Source: an uncultured virus (IMG/VR IMGVR_UViG_2654588052_000002) (Duplodnaviria > Heunggongvirae > Uroviricota > Caudoviricetes). Taken from it: a stretch of DNA of 64,000 bases. The stretch lies in the IMG/VR virus record IMGVR_UViG_2654588052_000002, positions 1-64,000 of that record, one strand, 5' to 3'. Positions 59,210-64,000 of this stretch are shown piece after piece. The notes under the pieces are model-generated. The model was not told the origin of the DNA. It saw only the letters and a program-made list of their open reading frames with translations, and made no database searches. Positions within the stretch are counted from its first letter, which is position 1, and each line of letters opens with the position of its first letter. The translations under genes and the position numbers were made by a program.

Positions 59210-60040
59210 ATGAATTGCAACAATGGTAGTTTTACTAACTATGCCAAACAAGATAAAAGTGGGTGGTACTTGCTTGTATGGAATAAAGAAACTAATAAAA
59301 TCGAGAAAAATTTCGATTATAAAAATATACAGAAAATAAAAGGTGAGAATATCACTACAACAGCCTTAAATTATTTGAAAAAGGATGGGTTGTTTCATAC
59401 TGTTGATACGAAAAATGTATTGAAATATGAGATAACTCTTCTTTTTTATCAAAAAAAGAAAGTCACAAGTCGCTATATCATGAAATATAAGGAAAAAATA
59501 AACGCTATAGATGGTTATTATGATGGATGGGAATATACAGTGAAAAATGAGAATGGAGTGTTTGGAACTTATGATAAAGATTATACTTTCTGGAAAGCAC
59601 ATAAAGTTCCAATATCACTAACCATCTTTCAGATACTTTGCATATTATGTTTATATATATACTCAGAGCAAATAACTATTTTTATTAAAGAAATAATGTA
59701 TAAGGACCACAATGTGGGAACTTATGATAGATATTATAGGTTGTTGAGTGGAATAGTTGCGTTTGTACTGTTTGTTGTAGCAATAATCAATTCTACTTTT
59801 ACTATAATATTAAAAGATTCGATTAAGCAGCATTATTTAAAAGATAGTCAAATAAGACTTATTTGCTCAATTGTTATTTTCGAAATTCCTGTCCTCTTAG
59901 CTACACTCATAACAGCATGGAATATAAGTCAGGTTGTAGGGGGAGCAACTTTTAACTCACTTTTAATCTTTAGTTGCATATTTATGGGTATAAAAATTGC
60001 ATTTACATACTTTTTAGAAATAGAAAAAAGACAGAAATAA
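59210..60040 (+). CDS. Multi-pass membrane protein
   Basis: Four C-terminal hydrophobic segments; AAGGTGA RBS. Confidence 0.65.
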   Translation: MNCNNGSFTNYAKQDKSGWYLLVWNKETNKIEKNFDYKNIQKIKGENITTTALNYLKKDGLFHTVDTKNVLKYEITLLFYQKKKVTSRYIMKYKEKINAIDGYYDGWEYTVKNENGVFGTYDKDYTFWKAHKVPISLTIFQILCILCLYIYSEQITIFIKEIMYKDHNVGTYDRYYRLLSGIVAFVLFVVAIINSTFTIILKDSIKQHYLKDSQIRLICSIVIFEIPVLLATLITAWNISQVVGGATFNSLLIFSCIFMGIKIAFTYFLEIEKRQK

Positions 60041-60487
60041 TTAAAGGTAGTGTTCAGTGACAATAAAATTTTTTAAAAAGATGGTATGGAATTTAGATTC
60101 TCATACCAACTTTTGTTACTTCTCTGTATAATAAAAAATGAATATTTCAAGTTAACGAATTAGCAGTATGCTATTTAATTTATATGAGTCGTGCATATTC
60201 TGCGGGGCTTTTTTTCATAAAGAAAAGACACCCAAAGGTGCCTTTCTCCGACTTGAACCATCTTAATTTTAATAATATGTATTGGACGCCAATCCAATTA
60301 TTATTTTATCACGTTAAGTAATATTGTACATTGAGAAATTTGGCATACCTCTTTATTTAAACGTAAAAAGTCCTAGAGGGGCTAGGACTTTTTGACAGAA
60401 TGAAAATGATTCAAAAAAGGACTTGTATAACGTAACATATGAATGTTTCATAAATGTATCGTAAAAGTGAAAAAAATCTATATTTTG

Positions 60488-61147
60488 TTATTTTACTCCA
60501 TCTCTTTCTAATGCTTCTTTTAGCATTCCTTCAGCTTCTTTTCTAATTTCTTCAGGTGTCATCTGGTCCACTGGTTTATAATTACCGTTTTTATCGTAGT
60601 CGGCTGTGTTAGTTTTTGGCTCATTTGTAGATGGCGGAACAGATTTATTAGGGTTCTCGTGTGTTATAACTTGAGATGCAGGAGATCCCTCTGTTTTAGA
60701 CCTGTTTTGCTTTGTTAACTCTTCTTCTAACTTTTTTACTTGATCATCAAGAGCTTTATTTTCTGTTTCTAATGTTTTTATGTTTTTGTGAAGTACCTCA
60801 TTTTCTTCAACGATTTGTTCATTAAAGTTTAGTCGGTTCATAGGTTCTTTTTCTGGTGATATACCTACTATAATAATTGCCATTAACATTAGTAATCCTG
60901 AAAAAACGAAATGATCTTTTGCTGTTTTTTTTAATAAGAGTTTAATAAATCCTTTAATTAAATAATAAATCCCGATAATTATAGTGTAAGTGAACGTCAT
61001 AAACATGGTATGGAAAATCGTTCTAGATGTGAGGCTTGGGAATTCTCCAATTGTTTCATAAAGCGCACCATATGTAACTATTAAAATTGCAGCATACATT
61101 ATCGTCAACATTAAGACGACAATTAAAAATCTTTTAAATAGTGTCAA
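60488..61147 (-). CDS. Three-TM protein with coiled-coil tail
   Basis: AGGAGG RBS, TTG start. Confidence 0.72.
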   Translation of the reverse strand: MTLFKRFLIVVLMLTIMYAAILIVTYGALYETIGEFPSLTSRTIFHTMFMTFTYTIIIGIYYLIKGFIKLLLKKTAKDHFVFSGLLMLMAIIIVGISPEKEPMNRLNFNEQIVEENEVLHKNIKTLETENKALDDQVKKLEEELTKQNRSKTEGSPASQVITHENPNKSVPPSTNEPKTNTADYDKNGNYKPVDQMTPEEIRKEAEGMLKEALERDGVK

Positions 61148-61223
61148 AGCTATTCCTCCTGTAAATCTTAGATGTATTAGATAATTTAATAAAAAAATAA
61201 AAGCACTCTTTTGAGTGCCTATT

Positions 61224-61355
61224 TTAAGCAGATACAGTAGCTTTACCTTTACGGAAGATACCCATTAATCCACCAATCATTAAAGCTATAAACGCGCAAA
61301 TAAGACCAAAAATACCACCAATAAGACCTAATACAAATTCAGTTGTTCGTTTCAT
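61224..61355 (-). pseudogene. Internally deleted DUF4064-like membrane protein
   Basis: MKRTTEFVLGLIGGIFG N-terminus joined directly to a C-terminal-like tail; eroded RBS. Confidence 0.55.
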
Positions 61356-61482
61356 TATAATCTCTTTAATTATGTAAAATGTAAGATTTCCGAGCTTATC
61401 ATAGCAAACAATCAATTCAAATATTGTCATATTATGTCGAATGGAAACAAAAAAGCACTCATAAGAGTGCTTATCCTTCAAT

Positions 61483-62181
61483 CTAATGTTTTTTACTAGA
61501 TTTTTTATGTCCTTTATTTCGTTCACAAGCTACACCATCGCCATCACGATCTAAATGCGAAGCATAAGCTGGGCTATCTGGAGTTATATCATAGTAACCA
61601 GCATTATTTGCATCTGTACAGTTTGCAAAGTGAACTTTCTCTTGTTTAGGTGCAGCTTGTTGCTGAGGTGCTGTATTAGCTGCAGCTTTTTGTTGCTCCT
61701 GTTCTTTTGCTCGAGCTGCTTCTTGTTGTTTCTTTTGTTCTTCCTGTTGTCTTTGAGACTCTTCTTGTTTGCGTTGTTCATCTAATCGCTTTTGCTCTTC
61801 GGCTTTTTTCTGTTCTTCCAATTGCTTTTGCTCTTCGGCTTTTTTCTGTTCTTCCAATTGCTTTTGCTCTTCAGCCTTTTTTTGTTCTTCTAACTTCTTT
61901 TGCTCGTCTAACTTTTTCTGTTCTTCAGCTTTTTGTTTTTCTTCATTTTCTTTTTGCTTATCTTTGTCCTCTTGCTTTACTTCAGCAGCAGTTGTTTTTA
62001 CTTTTGTATCTTTAGCCTTTTCGCTTTTAGGAGAAAATGAGAAAAATACCATCGATAAAATTAAACAAGAAATTGCTGAAATAGCGAGTTTCTTTTTACT
62101 CTTTCTTCTAACAGCAGCGACAATTAGCAATACTAAAAATATAAGTGCGGCTAAAAAGAATAATGCCATTAATGCTTCCAT
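61483..62181 (-). CDS. Membrane protein with EQK repeats and Excalibur Ca-binding domain
   Basis: FANCTDA..Y..HLDRDGDGVACE; tandem EEQKKAEEQKQL. Confidence 0.85.
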   Translation of the reverse strand: MEALMALFFLAALIFLVLLIVAAVRRKSKKKLAISAISCLILSMVFFSFSPKSEKAKDTKVKTTAAEVKQEDKDKQKENEEKQKAEEQKKLDEQKKLEEQKKAEEQKQLEEQKKAEEQKQLEEQKKAEEQKRLDEQRKQEESQRQQEEQKKQQEAARAKEQEQQKAAANTAPQQQAAPKQEKVHFANCTDANNAGYYDITPDSPAYASHLDRDGDGVACERNKGHKKSSKKH

Positions 62182-62319
62182 AATCGGGCCTCTTTTCAAA
62201 TAATATAGATTTTGAGAATCACATAATGTAAGATTTCTGGATAATCATATCAAAATAAACATCTGTATATTGTCATATCGTGTCGAATGAAAATAAAAAA
62301 GAGAGCCGAAGCCCTCTTA

Positions 62320-62790
62320 TTATATTCCTAATAGTTGTTTCTTTTTTGCTGTAAACTCTTCTTCTGTTAGAATCCCTTGATCTTTCAATGCAGCTAGTTT
62401 AGTGATTTCGTCAGCGACAGAATAGGTATTTACAGGATTTGTTGTAGAAGAATGGTCATTAGAAGCGGAAGTATTTTTTTCTTGTTCGTTCATGTACCCT
62501 TCTATTAAATCTTTTGCTTTTAAGAAATTGTTATATTCGTGTTTATTAAACATGACAGTATTTTCATCTTTTGCCAAGTCAGAGGTGGATTTAGTTTTTA
62601 CTTCAGAGCTTCCAGGGAAAACGAATTGAATATAACCATGTGAAAGGAAGCCTGGTGGTTTGAATTGTATACCCGTAAGACTTTTGATTTGGATTTCTTT
62701 AGATCCCCTACCGATCAAACGAGAGTATTTAATAGTAATTTTAGTTGGTGTGACTACTAGTGTACTTAGTTGCCCTTTAAATTCTAGCAT
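62320..62790 (-). CDS. DUF4429/PH-like + SHOCT domain protein
   Basis: IQFKPPG..GYIQF; ADEITKLAALKDQGILTEEEFTAKKKQLL. Confidence 0.82.
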   Translation of the reverse strand: MLEFKGQLSTLVVTPTKITIKYSRLIGRGSKEIQIKSLTGIQFKPPGFLSHGYIQFVFPGSSEVKTKSTSDLAKDENTVMFNKHEYNNFLKAKDLIEGYMNEQEKNTSASNDHSSTTNPVNTYSVADEITKLAALKDQGILTEEEFTAKKKQLLGI

Positions 62791-63151
62791 GTATATCTCC
62801 TTTTTATAACAATTTATATTGATAATAAGATGATAATAGCAAATTACACCTTCTTAATTTGTCATATTCTGTCGAAAGGTAAGAAAAAAGACACCCTAAG
62901 GTGCCTTCCTCCGACTTGAACCACTTTAATTTTAATAATATGTATTGGACGTCAATCTAAATATTATTTTACCATGTTAAATTGTTTTGTTCATTGAGAA
63001 CAAGATAAGATACACGAGTCGTTTTTCCTTCTTCTCGATCAACTACATCTGGTTCTGCTGCTAATATATTTTCTCCTCTGCAATTATATATCTCTATCAT
63101 ACTATATAATTGTCAGCGGGTTTTTATATCGTTATTCAAATTTATTAATAT

Positions 63152-63373
63152 TTATATTTTTAAATACATAGCTGAAAAAGAATTCACGACACAATACAAA
63201 TAAATTCCTATAGCAAAGAATGCTAGTAAAAGTCTTAATAATTTGTCCTTACAATATATACTTACTAGTATTCCAAAAGGAACTAGTAAAATTAGTGGTG
63301 CGCACAACAATAAAATGCCTTTATATAAGCTGTCAGTTGTAAGCTGATTAATAAGTTCTATATAGAGTGACAT
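63152..63373 (-). CDS. Small two-TM membrane protein
   Basis: AAAGGA RBS; hydrophobic segments; lies between repeat copies. Confidence 0.6.
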   Translation of the reverse strand: MSLYIELINQLTTDSLYKGILLLCAPLILLVPFGILVSIYCKDKLLRLLLAFFAIGIYLYCVVNSFSAMYLKI

Positions 63374-63567
63374 ATGGTGTTCCTTTCTAAAACTAATCTA
63401 TTTATTGTTATAATACATTATATATTCCATAAAGAAAAGACACCCAAAGGTGCCTTCCTCCGACTTGAATCACTTTAATTTTACTTTTACAATATTTCAT
63501 CTGCTATTTGAAAAGAAGTTCCCCCTCTTAGTAAAAAAAGTATCACTTAATATACCTAAGGCATATA

Positions 63568-63975
63568 GTGAGTATGACTATATGGGAGGGGTTAAATTTG
63601 AGTAGATATGAAGAACTGGAAGCGTTCGGAACTAGTTATCCTGAAATTCATCATTGGCATATCAAACATTGTAGATATAGAGTTTATGTAGCAATAGCTA
63701 TTCCAAGTTGGAATCATGGTGATTTTAATGATTATGAAATAAGTGTTGTACGTAAATGCTTGGATCAGGGAGCAAACAGGGCACGACAACATCTTGCTCG
63801 ATTTGGAGATAGTTTAGGTCATATAAACGAACTTTCTAAAGTCCAATCAGCACTTGATCATGCTCGAGAAGATGTTATAGCGGTAATGTCTTATTGTGCG
63901 AGTCAAGATCCAGAGTTAGCAAAAATCCCTGCTAATATATTGGATTATAAAGTGTTTTCTAGAAAACATTGTTGA
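63568..63975 (+). CDS. Hypothetical protein
   Basis: Open frame; GGGAGGGG RBS favours TTG start at 63598. Confidence 0.55.
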   Translation: MSMTIWEGLNLSRYEELEAFGTSYPEIHHWHIKHCRYRVYVAIAIPSWNHGDFNDYEISVVRKCLDQGANRARQHLARFGDSLGHINELSKVQSALDHAREDVIAVMSYCASQDPELAKIPANILDYKVFSRKHC

Positions 63976-64000
63976 TAATGTTTTCTAAATTAGAAGTTAT

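Larger units (their letters stand above)
55272..62876 (-). promoter_or_regulatory. Four Spo0A-box promoters (55272-55288, 61425-61441, 62271-62287, 62860-62876)
   Basis: Minus strand TTCGACA-N3-TATGACA, then exactly 21 bp to a TG-extended TAT(G/T)AT. Confidence 0.75.
48259..63482 (-). repeat. ~15 direct copies of an intergenic terminator/sRNA repeat
   Basis: Core AAAGACACCC(T/A)AAGGTGCCTTCCTCCGACTTGAACCA at ~48259, 50589, 52245, 52899, 54538, 55369, 56182, 57011, 60219, 62881, 63431; degenerate or hairpin-only at 50115, 51645, 53478, 53744. Confidence 0.92.
1..64000. mobile_element. Temperate siphophage / phage-plasmid of Bacillus cereus-group type (partial; no immunity module or integrase in window)
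   Basis: Ordered replication, packaging, head, tail and lysis genes, together with ParA partition locus, resolvase/res and no host housekeeping genes. Confidence 0.9.

Noticed and set aside
61555..62203. Plus-strand Cys/Ser/Phe-rich ORFs
   Set aside because: Antisense shadows of the EQK-repeat gene
62900..62925. tRNA gene or tRNA-derived att site (GGTTCAAGTC resembles a T-loop)
   Set aside because: Flanks do not form a T-stem; no cloverleaf, acceptor stem or CCA
48259..63482. CRISPR array
   Set aside because: Spacing is hundreds to thousands of bp containing whole genes; no cas genes
1..64000. Integrase, CI repressor or arbitrium genes
   Set aside because: None recognisable; they may lie outside the window, so absence is not claimed for the element

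Overview
AT-rich DNA of a Bacillus cereus-group-type temperate siphophage that appears to persist as a plasmid (phage-plasmid); host assignment is inferred from protein families. 1-8.5 kb: early recombination/replication genes (HNH, Sak-like SSAP, replisome organiser, DnaC-like loader, RecU, ArpU). 9-13.5 kb: late promoter, an ~800-nt structured non-coding leader, morons and a resolvase with res site. 13.6-33 kb: complete SPP1-like head-tail-lysis cluster; the tail spike gene is split by a frameshift. 33-45.8 kb: LXG toxin/immunity, SOS Y-family polymerase, FtsK/relaxase/pilin-like trio, RacA-like protein, small cargo genes between dif-like sites, and a type Ib ParA partition locus. 45.9-47.8 kb: no recognisable Rep gene, but an RNAI-like antisense RNA, an attenuator-like hairpin, a ~550-nt structured RNA and a degenerate LAGLIDADG-like protein. 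48-64 kb: secreted, membrane and defence cargo genes punctuated by ~15 direct copies of a 30-120 bp terminator/sRNA repeat; four cassettes carry Spo0A-type promoters. Best candidates for undescribed biology: the RNA-controlled, apparently Rep-less replicon; the repeat-delimited cassette array; arrays of tiny sporulation-sigma-driven RNAs; and the structured late leader. All family assignments come from motif recognition by eye; no searches or folding programs were run.
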